Both the position numbers and the translations under genes were made by a program. A DNA stretch of 64,000 nucleotides from assembly GCF_037042905.1 (NCBI RefSeq), contig NC_087245.1, forward strand, positions 12,898,001-12,962,000. The letters run 5' to 3'. The notes below the pieces were generated by a model that saw nothing but the letters and a program-made list of their open reading frames with translations, searched no databases and had not been told where the DNA came from. This document shows, in pieces, positions 13,386-26,730 of the stretch; position 1 is the stretch's first letter, and each line of letters begins with the position of its first letter. This stretch comes from Lytechinus pictus. Lineage: Eukaryota.

Positions 13386-14233
13386 GGGGAAGGCAGGGTA
13401 AGTTGAGCATAGGGGCAAGTTGAGCCACCACCCCCAGGCCAATAATAAATGAGTCAGACATTGTGCTGGTGTCATGCATTGATGACCCATTACATAACCC
13501 TTGACCTTACCACATTGTTTTCAACATTGAAACAAAAAGTACTTTTTTAGAGGGAAAAATACAAATTTCAGCCAAAGGGTGTGAAATAGATCAGTGCTTT
13601 TTACCCACACGCGTCTTTAAATATATTAAAGAAATAAGAACAATATTGTTAGTCCAGGAATGGATTCTCATTCTTGTCATAGTCTTTTACATGATGGATG
13701 CATAAGAAATGTGTGGATGTGAAAATATCGCGTTAAGTTTGGACGGGGTAATTTGTGCCAGCCAACGTGGGGCAAGTTGAGCCATGGTAATTCTTATGGT
13801 AATGTATAATAAAAAACAAACAAACCTTAAAAAGCCATTGATATGCAGGCAGAACGGAGCAAATTCACATGACAGTTCTTTTACTTTTAGAGGATGTTAG
13901 TATTCATAGAGAATTAGCAAGTGAAAAGTCTTCAAATAAAAATTCACATGCCGGTTCTTCCCGCATACATTTTTGTACATAGTTTTTGTGGCTCAACTTT
14001 CCCAGAAGGTGGCACAACTTACCCCACAGATGGGGCAAGTTGAGCCATTTGACATCGATTTTTTTCAAAGGTCACAATGACTTTCAGTGTGGGGGTAGAA
14101 AGTTATATATAGATGAAAAATATTTCCCAAGAATCAAATTGAAAGGCATGGTACTTAATACTACAATATTATTAGTCATATCAATTAAAACACGCAAAAT
14201 GCAAAAAGTGTCACAACTTACCCCGCCTTCCCC
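13386..14233. mobile_element. TA-TSD MITE (Tc1/mariner-type target)
   Basis: TIR GGGGAAGGCAGGGTAAGTTG / CAACTTACCCCGCCTTCCCC with TA on both sides. Empty site agctgcgTAt at about 22148. Confidence 0.85.
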
Positions 14234-14298
14234 TATATTATATACATGTAGAATACAGTAATGGGAGTCGCACTTGTTCGATTTTCGTGCAGCATAGG

Positions 14299-17200
14299 TA
14301 GACGGGTCAATATACGACCAAAAATACCCCTACCCGGAACTAATTGCAACAAATGATTTTCAACGGCTTTTTGTACTATTTGACCTCGGGAATAACATAC
14401 TAAAAATCTACCAAAATCCGCATCCGGGAAAGTGGTTATTTTCAAGATGGCGTCCAAGATGGCCGCCATTCACTGAAAATGGATACAACTGACTCATTAT
14501 CCACCCTAGAATCCTATTTCGATTCATATTCCATGGTCTAGGGGGTAAAAAAAATTTGATACAAGCTAGAGTGAATTATAAACTCTCCAGTGTACCTGGC
14601 AAATCCAAGATGGCGCCCAAAATGGCTGCCGTAGGCTAAAAATCCACAATTCATCTAAGTGGCTTTAATTTGGTTTTTATTCAATGGTTTTAAGGGTGAA
14701 GTAGTACATTAGAATAAGTTACAAGGACAGCCATTGGTCTGGTGTGTCAAAAAATCTAAGATGGTGTCCAAAAATCCAAAATGGCTTCCAAAAATGGAAT
14801 TTAAATGACTGTTGATAATTAAAATGGACACTGTTCATTTCATATCCACCTGGGACATAATGATTTTGGTGTCTAGACCATGTTTTCAATGGTCAAATAA
14901 GACATTGGGACAAGTGACAAGGACAGTCAGTGGTCCATTATGTTATAAATCCAAGATGGCTTCCAAAAATAGAGTCTAAAATTGTTGTTGCTACTTAAAA
15001 AAACCGACATAGTTTGCTCAATATCCAGAAATATGATTGTGTCTATACCATGGTTAAATGGGTGAAATGATACATTGGGGCAAGTTACAAGGAAAGTCAG
15101 TGGTCTGGTATGTGCAAAAATCCGCGATGGATTCCAAAATTTGATTCTGAAATGGCTGCTAATACTTAAAGCGGACATAGCTCATTTCATTTTGGCCTGG
15201 GAGATGTAAATTTGATGTCTAAACCACTGGGTTTAAGGGTCGTATATTATATTAGGAAAAGTTACCAGGACAGTCAGTGGTCTGGTATGTCCAAAAATCG
15301 AAGAGGGTTTCCAAAAAGTTATCTTAAAAATAAGCTGCTGATACTTAAAGTGGACATAGGTCATTTCATATCGGCCTCGGAGATGTGATTTTGGTGTCTA
15401 AACAACTGGTTTCAAGGGTCAATTCATACATTAGGACAAGTTACAAGGACAGTCAGTGGCCTAGTATTTCAAAAAATCTATGTTGGCTTTCAAAAATTGA
15501 TTCTAAATTGACTGCTGTTACTTAAAGTGGACATAGTTTATTTCATATCGGCCTTGGAGATGCGATTTTGGCGTCTAAAACACTGGTTTCAAGGGTCAAA
15601 ATTATACATTAGGACAAGTTTTAAGGACAGTCCGTGGTCTGGTATGACCAAAAATCCAATATGGCTTCCGAAAATTGATTCTAAAATGGCTGCTGATACT
15701 AAAGTGGCATAGCTTACTTTATTCCCGCCTGTGAGATATGATTTCGGTGTCTAAAATATGGTTTCAAGGGTCAAATGATATAATAGGACAAGTTACAATG
15801 ACAGTCAGTGGACTAGAATGTCAGAAATTCCAAGATGGCTTCCAAAAAAGGAGTAAAAAAAGTCTGGTGTTACTCATAAAAGGACATAGTTTGTTCAATA
15901 TCTGTCTGGGGAATATGATTTTGTTGTCTAAACCATGGTTTAAAGGGTCAGGTAATACACTAGGGTAAGTTACAAAATCAGTTGTCTGTATGTTAAAAAA
16001 TCCAAGGTGACTTTAAAGAATGGGGTGTAAATATTTGACAGTTGTTACTTAAAAGTATACATAGTTTATTAGAAAAAACACCTTGAAGGTATGATTTTGG
16101 TGTATACACTAGAGTTTAAAGGGTCAAGTGATATTTTGGGTTAAGTTGAAAGGATAGTCAGGTGTCAGTTGTGTCCAAAAAACAAAGATGGCTTTAAAAG
16201 TTGGGGTTTTAAATGACTTTTGTTACTTGGGAATAGTATTTTTGTGTCTACATTAGGGTTTCAAGGGACTGGATACCATGATACGCAGTTATCCGTTTTG
16301 CCTTAAAATCCAATTCGGCTTCTAAAAATGGGTTCCAAAGTGAGTGCTGTTACTTAAAAATGGACATAGTTCAAACAATATCCACCTGTGAGAAATAATC
16401 TTGGTGCCTACACTTAATTTTCATATTGTTACACGAGTTGGTAACAGCACCCATTTTGATGAAATTTCAGAATTTCAGTATGGATTTTTTTTTTTTTTTT
16501 TTTTTTTTTGGGGGGGGGGGGGACAAAATGTAATACTACCCATCTTTGTTACTTGTCCGAATGTATTATTTGACCCTTCATACCACATTTTAGACACCAA
16601 CATTATTTTTTACAGATAGATATTGTAGAACTCTGACCATTATTGAGTGATATGAGTCGTTTTAGACGCCTTTTTTAAAAACACTCTTGGAGTTTTAGGA
16701 AAACTGGACAACTGCATATCAATGTAACCTGTCCAAACATATTATTCTAACCATGAAACCATAGTGTTGACACCGAAATCACATCTCCTTGGTGGGTTTT
16801 AAATGAACTATGTCCATTTTCAAAGTAACAGCAATCATTTTAGAATCCGTTTTTTGGAAGCCATCTTGGATTTTCGACATACTGGGCCACTGACTGTCCT
16901 TGTCACTAATTTTTGTCTCACCTGCATAGCAGAGTGAGACTATAGGCGCCGCTTTTCCGACGGCGGCGGCGGCGGCGGCGGCGGCGGCGACGGCGGCGTC
17001 AACACCAAATCTTAACCTGAGGTTAAGTTTTTGAAATGACAGCATAACTTAGAAAGTATATGGACCTAGTTCATGAAACTTGGCCATAAGGTTAATCAAG
17101 TATTACTGAACATCCTGCCTGAGTTTCATGTCACATGACCAAGGTCAAAGGTCATTTAGGGTCAATGAACTTAGACCATGTTGGGGGAATCAACATCAAA

Positions 17201-18789
17201 ATCTTAACCTAAGGTTAAGTTTTTGAAATGTCATCATAACTTAGAAAATATATGGACCTAGTTCATGAAACTTATACATAAGGTTAATCAAGTATCACTG
17301 AACATCCTGCATGAGTTTCACGTCACATGACCAAGGTCAAAGGTCATTTAGGGTCAATGAACTTTGGCCGAATTGGGGGTATCTGTTGAATTACCATCAT
17401 AACTTTGAAAGTTTATGGATCTGATTCATGAAACTTGGACATAATAGTAATCAAGTATTACTGAACATCCTGTGCAAGTTTCAGGTCACATGATCAAGGT
17501 CAAAGGTCATTTAGGGTCAATGAACTTTGGCCAAATTGGGGTATTTGTTGAATTACAGCCATAAATTTGAAAGTGTGTTGGTCTAGTTCATAAAACTTGG
17601 ACATAATAGTAATCAAGTATCACTGAACATCCTGTGCGAGTTTCAGGTCACATGATCAAGGTCAAAGGTCATGTAAGGTCAAAGAACTTTGGCCACGTTG
17701 GGGGTATTTGTTGAATTGCCATCATATCTCTATAAGTGTATTGGTCTAGTTCATAAAACGTGGAAATAAGAGTAACCAAGTATCACTGAACATCTTGTGC
17801 GAGTTATAGTAGTTTTCAAAATCAGCACTGCTGCTATATTGAATCGCGTGATGCAGGTGAGACGGCCAGAGGCATTCCACTTGTCTGACTTTTAAAACCA
17901 TGGTATAGACATTAAAATCATATGCCCTTGACGGATATTACATGAAATATGTCCATTTGTAAATACCAGGGGCTAATTTATACTTTTTTTTAAGCCTCCG
18001 TGGACTTTGGACATACTTCACCACCCATCGCCCTTGTAACTTATCCCAATATTTTATTTGACCAATTTAACCATGGTACAGGCAGAAAAATCATATTTCG
18101 GATATTGAACAAACTACGTTGGTTTTTTTTTAAGTAACAAAAGCTTATTTTTTCTCCATTTTTGGAGCCATCTTGAATTTTTAAGATACCGGATCATTGA
18201 CTGTCCTTGTAACTTGTCCCAATGTATTTTGACCATTGAAACCATGGTCTAGACACCAAAATCATATCTCCCAGGTGGATATGGTATGAGCTATGTCCAT
18301 TTTAAGTATTGACAGCCATATTTTTTTGGAAGCCATCTTGGATTTTTGGACACACCAAACCACTGGCTGTCCTTGTACCTTGTCCCGATGTACTACCTCA
18401 CCATTCAAACCTTTGAATAGAAACCAAATTAAAGCCACCTAAGAAAGTAATAGATGAATTGTGGATTTTTAGCTTACGGCAGCCATTTTGGGCGCCATCT
18501 TGGATTTTCCCGGTACCCCGGAGCGCTAATATTCACTGTGACTTGTATTAATAAATTATTTTATCCACTCGACCATGGAATATGAACCGAAGTTGGATTT
18601 TCGGCTGGATAATGAGTGAGTTATATCAATTTTCAGTGAATGGCGGCCATCTTGAAAATAACTACTTTCCCGTATGCGGATTTTGATAGATTTTTAGTAT
18701 GATATTCCTGAGGTCAAATCCTGCAAGAAACAGTTGAAATATCATTTGCTGCAATTTGTTCCGGGTCAAACCATATATTGACCCGTCTA
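14299..18789. mobile_element. Long foldback-type non-autonomous DNA transposon, Academ-like (TAG...CTA termini, 3-bp TSD)
   Basis: TIR TAGACGGGTCAATATA / TATATTGACCCGTCTA. AGG at 14296-14298 and 18790-18792, but a single AGG at the empty site near 22327. Internal ~175-180-bp units switch orientation near 16500. Confidence 0.8.
16915..17884 (+). mobile_element. Complete HINE/DINE-like element nested in the Academ-like element
   Basis: Poly-T then subTIR GTCTCACCTGC, hairpin partner GCAGAGTGAGAC, (GGC)n, four ~160-190-bp units, and 3' subTIR GCAGGTGAGAC at 17853-17863. Confidence 0.85.
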
Positions 18790-20907
18790 AGGCCTACACT
18801 AACCAGTTTGAGTGATTTATGCAGTTTTGTTATTTTTCTCTCTTTTTGACCTTCAAACTGGAGACACAGGGTCCAAATGGCTGACCTAACCATTATCACC
18901 TCGCGCTTCGCGTTTTCATTATTTTAGTAGGATGAAACCCATTATTTTAATCATGACAAAATGTGAATAGAATGCCCTGTTTTAAGCCTATATATAACTA
19001 AAAGAAATCGGCTCGCGCTTGGCGCATAAATTTCTTGTTCACTCTGAAAATGTGCCTAAACTGCGGAGCTTTTCAGTTCGGAATTTCAGAAGTTTTCAAC
19101 TAGCGCTTCGCACACTAATTTGATGTTCAATTAGAGACTTATCCTGTTCATTATTACAATGGTGCTAAAAATGTCGCTCATTAAATGATTGCTTAGAATA
19201 TCTGATCATTGTTAAAATGCGCTTAAACTGTGAAGCTTTTCTATTCGGAATTTCATTTTTTTCAGCTAGCGCTTCGCGCACTAATTTAATGTCTAATCAA
19301 AGACTTATCCTGTTCCAATTATGCTAAAAATGTCCAATTATCAGGTCGAAATATAAAAAGGCGGTTCCTGCCCCCCCCCCCCCCCCCTCTAAAAAAAATG
19401 TGTTGCCTTGGCACTGGCCCTCCTATTTTAAAATCCCGGTGCCGCCACAGCTCCATGGAATTCTTCCGCTGTCAAATGTGGTATATATAGGCCTTTAGAA
19501 GACTGGCAGTTATTCTTTCCTATCATGGAAAGACAATGCAGTTCTACAAAGAATTGAACCCCCCCCCCTCCCGGAGAGACGGACAGCACTACAGCTCGGG
19601 AGCATGGGGCGCTAGTCCCGTATCTACAATTTTTTTAGTAGTAAAAATGATTTGAAAAAAAAAGAGAGAGAGAGAGAAAGGGGGAGGAAAAGGATTCGAA
19701 TCGAGACTCGAGAGGTTATAACAAAAATTGTTTGATAGGTCGCCTTTATGTTATCTTGTTCTACCCCTATACCCCCTGCTTATGGATACGCCTATGCTAC
19801 CCCCACTAAATATATACCGCCCTGTTTACAAAATGCATAGTCTAAATATTCAATCTCATTGTTGTAGGAGACAACTCAGAAAAATTGCATGATTACTATA
19901 TTTAAAATAATTCCACCATTCTGTCATGAATTCATTTCATTTCATCTATACATACTATATTTATTCAATAAATAACAATGACAGTTACAATAATGAATAA
20001 TAGAGAATATTTATATTTTGTTAAAGTAATAATTCTGCCAAAGGTACCCTGAAGGAACTTGGATAAGACTATAGATCGTAGTGCAGTGGATAATATGAAA
20101 AGGAGTATTCCCGCGAAATTTAGGAGGACAAAGAATTCTATAATAGGAGTTTAAGCTACTTAATAAGATTGCCCTTAAATCAATTGAATTTCTAAAGTCC
20201 AGTGGTCACGTTCAATAGTAGGGGGGACCGGTCATGATTTCGTATAAATACGACCCACTCAACAAAAATCTTCACATTTATGTCAAGCTATCGGTAAGTG
20301 GCCACTTTTTTATTTCGGGTTGTTAGGTAATGGGTTAATTATAGTATGACTTTTTATATTATAGGCAGGCCTATCATGCAAATATACATTCCGTGATATG
20401 ATTAGACTTTTCCTATATATTCAGATGTTATTTTATCATTCCCTTTCCGGCACTCCGAACTTCGATTCTGCTTCATGGCACAACACAGTGGCGCCATTTT
20501 GAGCTTGCGTTATAAGTATGTACGTATGTGTGTATGTAGGTATGTGAGGGTGTGTGTGTGTGTGTGTATGTGTGTGTTAATTAAGTAGTCAAAGTCTTCA
20601 CGCTGTACATGATAGTGTATTACTTTATAGTTGTTGTTTCACCCAAATTTCTATTTCCTGTAGTGCCCCTTATTGAATCATTCATTTCATTTCAGATTTT
20701 TAATCAGTGAATAGATAAACGATTTGTAGTTTAAACTATCTATTTATTTTCCGTTCTGATAACTTTATCATTTTAGTTATTTCATATTATCCTTTATGTA
20801 AAAATACATATTTATTTGTGTTACTATGCATTGCCTATAGATTAGAATTTGATATTACATATTTACGATGCTGATTTTTGTTTATCGGTTTCACACACTA
20901 TTTGCGA

Positions 20908-20973
20908 GGTGCTGTGGGCGAGTGGTCTAAGGCGCCCGACTACACCATGAAAGTTCGGGCTTCGATTCCCGGC
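20908..20973 (+). pseudogene. tRNA-derived SINE head or tRNA pseudogene
   Basis: A-box-like TGGGCGAGTGG and B-box-like CTTCGATTCC. The anticodon arm does not fold properly. Confidence 0.55.
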
Positions 20974-21043
20974 ATTGCATTTGACCAAGGCATTTTTATA
21001 TACATGTACACCACTCTTTTATCTTGCAACAAATAAATGAAAG

Positions 21044-21227
21044 TTCTCAATACCAACGTGTGCACGTGTTGACAAAAAATGCAATTACGGGCCTGATGAA
21101 AACAGAATCAAGATTACAACAAAAACCATCATTTTTTTAATGATGATTTTTTGTTATAATCTTGATTCTGTTTTCATCAGGCCCGTTTATGCATTTTTTA
21201 AACACGTGCACACGTTGGTATTGAGAA
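21044..21227. repeat. Near-perfect ~185-bp palindrome (hairpin MITE-like)
   Basis: ttctcaataccaacgtgtgcacgtg...ccatcat pairs with atgatg...cacgtgcacacgttggtattgagaa. Confidence 0.85.
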
Positions 21228-21490
21228 TGCATCAAGCACTTTCGTTTATATGATGGCTTGGATGAACTCTGGCAAAGCAAACAGTTCTATGTACCATGAC
21301 GACATCCACGCACACACGCATCATGTATCAGTTTGCAATTTGTTATCCATTATGACTTCGTTGGTGACCGGGAGATCTACAAGATTACCTCACTCCCGTA
21401 TACCAGATGATGATGATGATGATGAAGATAAAAGAGTGGTGTACATGTATATAACAATGCCTTGGAAGCCCGATCTTGCACGATTTCCTA

Positions 21491-21721
21491 CACTGTAAAA
21501 ACTGTGGTGTTAAAACTGACACCAATTGGTGTTAATAGAGGACCACACACTGAGGTGTTAAAATAACACCCTAGAGATTGAACATAACACCAAAGAGTGT
21601 AAATGTAACAACCATAGGTGTTGTAATAACACCTATAGGTGTAAAACTAACACCACCAATTTAACACCGGTGTAAAATAACTGGTGTGGTCCTCTATGTT
21701 AACACCACAGTTTTTGCTGTG
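21491..21721. mobile_element. TA-flanked MITE with internal ACACC repeats
   Basis: TIR CACTGTAAAAACTGTGGTGTTAA / TTAACACCACAGTTTTTGCTGTG with TA on both sides. Confidence 0.8.
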
Positions 21722-22171
21722 TAGGAACTTTTCTTTCCTCTCTTTCCTTTATTTTTCTAACTGATATAGATTCAACAAAGAAATTATTCTGTTTTTGGAA
21801 AAACAAAAAGGAAAGCAATTTCACAAGGCAACAAAAGTCAAAACTGACTAGTTTGCCTATTCAAAATAACAACAACAACAACCGAACTTCCACGGTGTAG
21901 TCGGGTGCCTTGTATACCCACGACACCTCGCAAATAGTGTGTGAAACCGATGCGTTGCTGGAAGTATATCTACTTTCACATAGTAAGGCTGAGTTCATAT
22001 AGGAGTATAAGTCTACTGTATATTCGAGAAATGATGCACGTTTTCGGGGGCACGCGAATAGATTGAATCGAAATTATGATTAAATACCGGTTCGCATTAG
22101 ACGATATTTTTATAGGCCCTACTATTCGGAAATGCCGTTTAGCTGCGTATGGTATAGAATACAGTAATGGG

Positions 22172-22288
22172 CAGCGGCGGACCGTGATCCGGAGGAGACA
22201 AAGCATTGGAGGGGCACATCATCATTGTTCACAAAAAATACAGTGCCCCTCCAATCATTTGTCTCCTCCGGGTCACGGTCCGCCACTG
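22172..22288. mobile_element. 117-bp hAT-type MITE, 8-bp TSD GTAATGGG
   Basis: Long TIRs; perfect TSD at 22164-22171 and 22289-22296; empty site at about 14258-14265. Confidence 0.9.
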
Positions 22289-22758
22289 GTAATGGGAATC
22301 GCACTTGTTCGATTTTCGTGCAGCATAGGCCTACACTACCCAGTTTGAGTGATTTATGTGGGTTCATAATTTTTCTCTCTTTTTGACCTTTAAACTGAAG
22401 ACACAATGTCAAAATGGCTGACCTAAACATTATCATCCCGCGCTTTGCGTTTTCATTTTTTGAACAGGATGATATCCATCATTTTCATCATGCTTTCTGC
22501 ATAAAATAATTGCTTGAAATATCTTGTTCATTATATGGAAATGTGCCTAAATTGCGGAGCTTTTCTATTCGGAATGTCAAAAGTTTCAAATTCAATGTAC
22601 TCACGTAAACTATCTGCAATTTTCTCAGTGCTCAAAGCTAAGGTGTAATTTCATTAATGAAAGTATGAGAGGCTGTGTGTGACAAATCGAATTTATTTAT
22701 TTTTTATTCATCAGGTATAACGCAAGAAATATAAATGTGAATTGATGTTTAGACTTAA

Positions 22759-23366
22759 AGGGATGGTCCGGGCTGAAAATATTTATATTTAAATGAATAG
22801 AGTAAAATTCACAGAGCAAAATGCTGAAAATTTCATCAAAATCGGATAACAAATAGCGAAGTTATTGAATTTGTAACTTAAACAATATTTTGTGAAAACA
22901 GTTATATGCACATCGTCATGAATATTCATTAGCTGGGCTGATGATTTCACATCCCCACTTTCCCCTTTCTTATGTTTTAACATGAAATCACAAATGTTTC
23001 ATTTTTTCATACATGTGGAAATGATGTGTCTCCATTATGATGAAAAAAGTTGCGGCAATAAATAACTAATGCACTCAATCAGTTGTCAATCCAATTGTTT
23101 TAGTTCTTGGTAGAACATTTTTTGAATAAACCTAATTTCATGTAATGAAATACAAAAGAACAAGTGGGGATATGACATCATCAGCCCACCTAACATGCCA
23201 AATTAATGTTCATAAAGACATGCCTAGAACTGTTTCACCGCCAATGTAAATCTTTAAAATTCAATAACTTCGTTATTTGTTATTCTTATCAAATTTTCAG
23301 CATTTTGCTCTGTGAATTTTACTCTATTTATTCAGATATAAATAATCTCCAGCCTGGACCATCCCT
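22759..23366. mobile_element. Kolobok-like non-autonomous element, TTAA TSD
   Basis: TTAA|AGGGATGGTCCGGGCTG ... CAGCCTGGACCATCCCT|TTAA with long imperfect TIRs. Confidence 0.8.
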
Positions 23367-25501
23367 TTAAGAGTATAAACATATCTATGCATATGAAAAG
23401 TAACAAGAGGACAATCTAAATATGAAACTTGCACAGATATAAACATGCCAAGTAGGTAAAGTATAGCATAATGATATGTGCAATCAATACTTAGGCAGTG
23501 GAAAATACTATTTACAGAAACAATGCTAAAGGACAATGATCATTAATACTGGTCATAAAGTTTATAAATTTATAGAAGTTTATATAGAACATAATCTTCA
23601 AAACATTTCCAAGTTAAAAGGAATCGAGACACCATTGAGTTTACATAATATACATGTACCCTATCGGACGGGTATGGATTTTCCGATTTATCCTTATACA
23701 ATAAACATAATATTACTTTCTTCTATCTTCATTTGTCATAATTTGTGATGGATATATAAGCTGCAATCTACATTTTGAATTTAATTAGCTACTTTGTAAG
23801 AGCAGGTTTTTTTTTTTCATTAACACCAAACCAACAGTTTTCATTAATTAAATCATGTACCCTCACGCCAGCCCCCGATTTATATCAAACAAAAACGGGG
23901 CTTTTTATTACAAATCAACTTAAAGTGGGGTAAGAGCAAGAACAAGCTGTGAGGTCTTTCTTAATATCCATCGATAGTTTGACTTTGGAGTATTTTTTAA
24001 TTGGTGTTCATAATTATTTTACTGCCTTTTGAGTGGTAAGCCTGTACTTCATACGGTATGAGCCTGAGCAAACACAAGGCTAGAAATAAGCCACATCATA
24101 CAGTCTAAGGGGAAAAAATGAACAGTTCAAGGTGGGGGAAAAGGGGAAGGGAATATTACAGCTAGCACTTATCAGTAATGCCATTTTGTAATATTTTTAT
24201 TACATTTTATTTTTTGAATAATGTTTTTATATTTTCATAATGAAATTATCATTGTATTATTCTTTTTCATTTAAATGTTTAACAGTTGGGTATCTCTCCA
24301 ACGTTTCCAAGAAAACAAAGAAAAAAAAGAAAATGAAAATAAATTAATGAAATAGCATGGTTTGTAATATCTTAGTTTTTTTTTTATCTGCGGGGAAATG
24401 GGAGAAAAGTGAAGGAAACATATCATTTTAAAAATAATATTTAGGCCAAGATTATGCCGGAGAATTGAAAATGACATTCGTTTTGGGTCGTCTCGCCGGG
24501 CATGATGCGAGCCCCCATAATTTGGCGCCAAACTGGATCAGCATGCAATCGAATGTAAAAAGGTGACATGTCAGGGTGGCTTGCCCTAAACGCGTTTTAT
24601 TTCAATGCAAACGGACGGTGTGCAAATAGGATCATGCCTACGTAGGACATGTTTGGAGGTGTCTTTCCAACGACCAATCATCCTATCCCCCTAAATTGGC
24701 TTCGTGAAACAGTTGAGTGATATCACGTTCTTACGTAGAACGGTTCTACGAAAGACCCTTTGATGCACCCCCCCCCCCCCCCGATTTATATACATGTATG
24801 TTCTCTGTTTGGCGTAAGCCATGTCTTGCATTCTTGTCAAAAACCATCCAGTATTAAATCAAACCTGAACTTAGCAAAGGCAGGATATTCAGATATATTA
24901 TTATTTTCCACTATATTAACAGATTAATGTGTAACTTTCACAGGTTTTTAAATGACCGTGCATGCGCTTTCAAAATGGACTCTCAATAAATAAACATTTC
25001 CAATCCAATGGTATATAAAATGGGTATTTTTGGCATGTTTTCCCACCGTGAATAATGCATAACACTATATTTCTCCTTTATTTTAACAATTTTGATAGAC
25101 ATTTTCATTGCTATGACTGGACGAAAAATAAGCTCATTGCCTACCTTAAGTGTGTGAGCATGTTGTTCATTTTGTAATTGCATTTGTCACCAATCTTCTC
25201 CACGTTAAATGTTGAAAACTATAAAGGTTGATTTGAGATCATTAATTGCTTTTTCATATTTTCTATTTCAGCCTTGCTTTCGAGTATTTGATTACAGAGT
25301 AAGTTGAATCCGATCACTAAAAATAAGTGTGTATATTTCCTCCAACAAACTTACGTTTACCAATCATGTACAGTCATGATAAGATAATGCAAATAAGAAG
25401 TATGAAGAAAGTTAAACGAAGAATAAGAAAACGCATAGTTATGATAGCAGTATTATTGTTAATATTACTATCACCATTATTATAAGTAGTAGTAATAATA
25501 A

Positions 25502-25569
<68 letters not shown>

Positions 25570-25577
25570 ATAGTAGT
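25502..25577. repeat. (TAG)n microsatellite
   Basis: More than 20 TAG units; much shorter in the duplicated copy at about 26547. Confidence 0.95.
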
Positions 25578-26297
25578 AGAAGTAAAATATTAGAAGAAGT
25601 ATCAGTGGTCTTTAGTGAAAAATAAAGTTCAAACAGTTGTCACCATATGAAATCAAACAAAAATAAAATGCATCAGAAATTGGAGGCAAAACATTTTTGG
25701 ATTTTTATGGGCTATAATTTATATACACGTACCTGTGTAAAATTGCAATTCATGTTAGTGGATAAAGTTACTTGATTCAGACTACTGATTTATATATATA
25801 TGTTCTCTGTTTGGCGTAAGCCTTGTCTTGCACTCTTGTCAAAATCAATCAGTATTGAAACAAACCTGAACTTCATGCGCCTTTCGTTAGCAAAGGCAGG
25901 ACATTCAGATTTTACAATTTTGCACTATAATAACAGATTAATGTATAACTTTGACAGGTTTCAGATAGTGTATTATTGTCGTCTGCTAAATGACCGTGCA
26001 TATGCGCTTTCAAAATGGACTCTCAATAAATAAACACTTTCCAATCCCACAGTAAATAAAATGGGTATGGTTTCCCACCATGAATGATGTAAAAAGTGTA
26101 TATCCCATTCATTTTTAATCAATTTTGATAAACATTTTCACTGCTATGACTGAATGAAAAATAAGCTTATTGCCTACGTTAAGTGTGTGCGAGCATGGTG
26201 TTCATCTTGTAATTACATTTGTCACCTATCTTCTCCGAGACTAAAGTTAAATGTTAATTTCATATCATTCATTGCTTTTTCATATTTTCTATTTCAG

Positions 26298-26371
26298 GTT
26301 TGTTTATTTGAGCCTTAACTTTCATACTCGTTGTACTCTCTTCGTACTTCGTATACTTCTTTGATTACAGG
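26298..26371 (+). other. Candidate 5'-UTR exon of the zinc-finger gene (paralogous short exon at about 25272-25298)
   Basis: ttttctatttcag acceptor and G|gtaagt donor. It contains a TGA in frame with ATG 28860. Confidence 0.45.
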
Positions 26372-26614
26372 GTAAGTTGAATGATTTACCCGAATGCTAT
26401 AAATAAGTGCATGTATTTCCTCCAACAATCCTACGTTTACCAATCATACATGTACAATCATGATAAGATAATGCAAATAAGAAGTATACAGAAATTTAAA
26501 CAAAGAAAAGTCATAGTTACAATAGCAGTGTCATTATTATCATTATTAGTAGTAGTATAATATCAGTTGTCACGGTCTTTAGTGAAAAATAAAGTTGAAA
26601 CACCTAATTATGAA

Positions 26615-26698
26615 ATAAAGATAGTGCTATAGGAGTAGTTTGTATTGTCTTCTTAATACTTTACATTTTTTTTATAAATTGATCTCAATAATGTTATA

Positions 26699-26730
<32 letters not shown>

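Larger units (their letters stand above)
24796..26600 (+). repeat. ~1-kb direct tandem duplication (about 24796-25630 vs 25798-26600)
   Basis: Colinear matches from tatgttctctgtttggcgtaagcc to ggtctttagtgaaaaataaagtt. Confidence 0.85.

Noticed and set aside
16779..17045. Poly-Ala ORF
   Set aside because: Derives from the (GGC)n microsatellite of the HINE.
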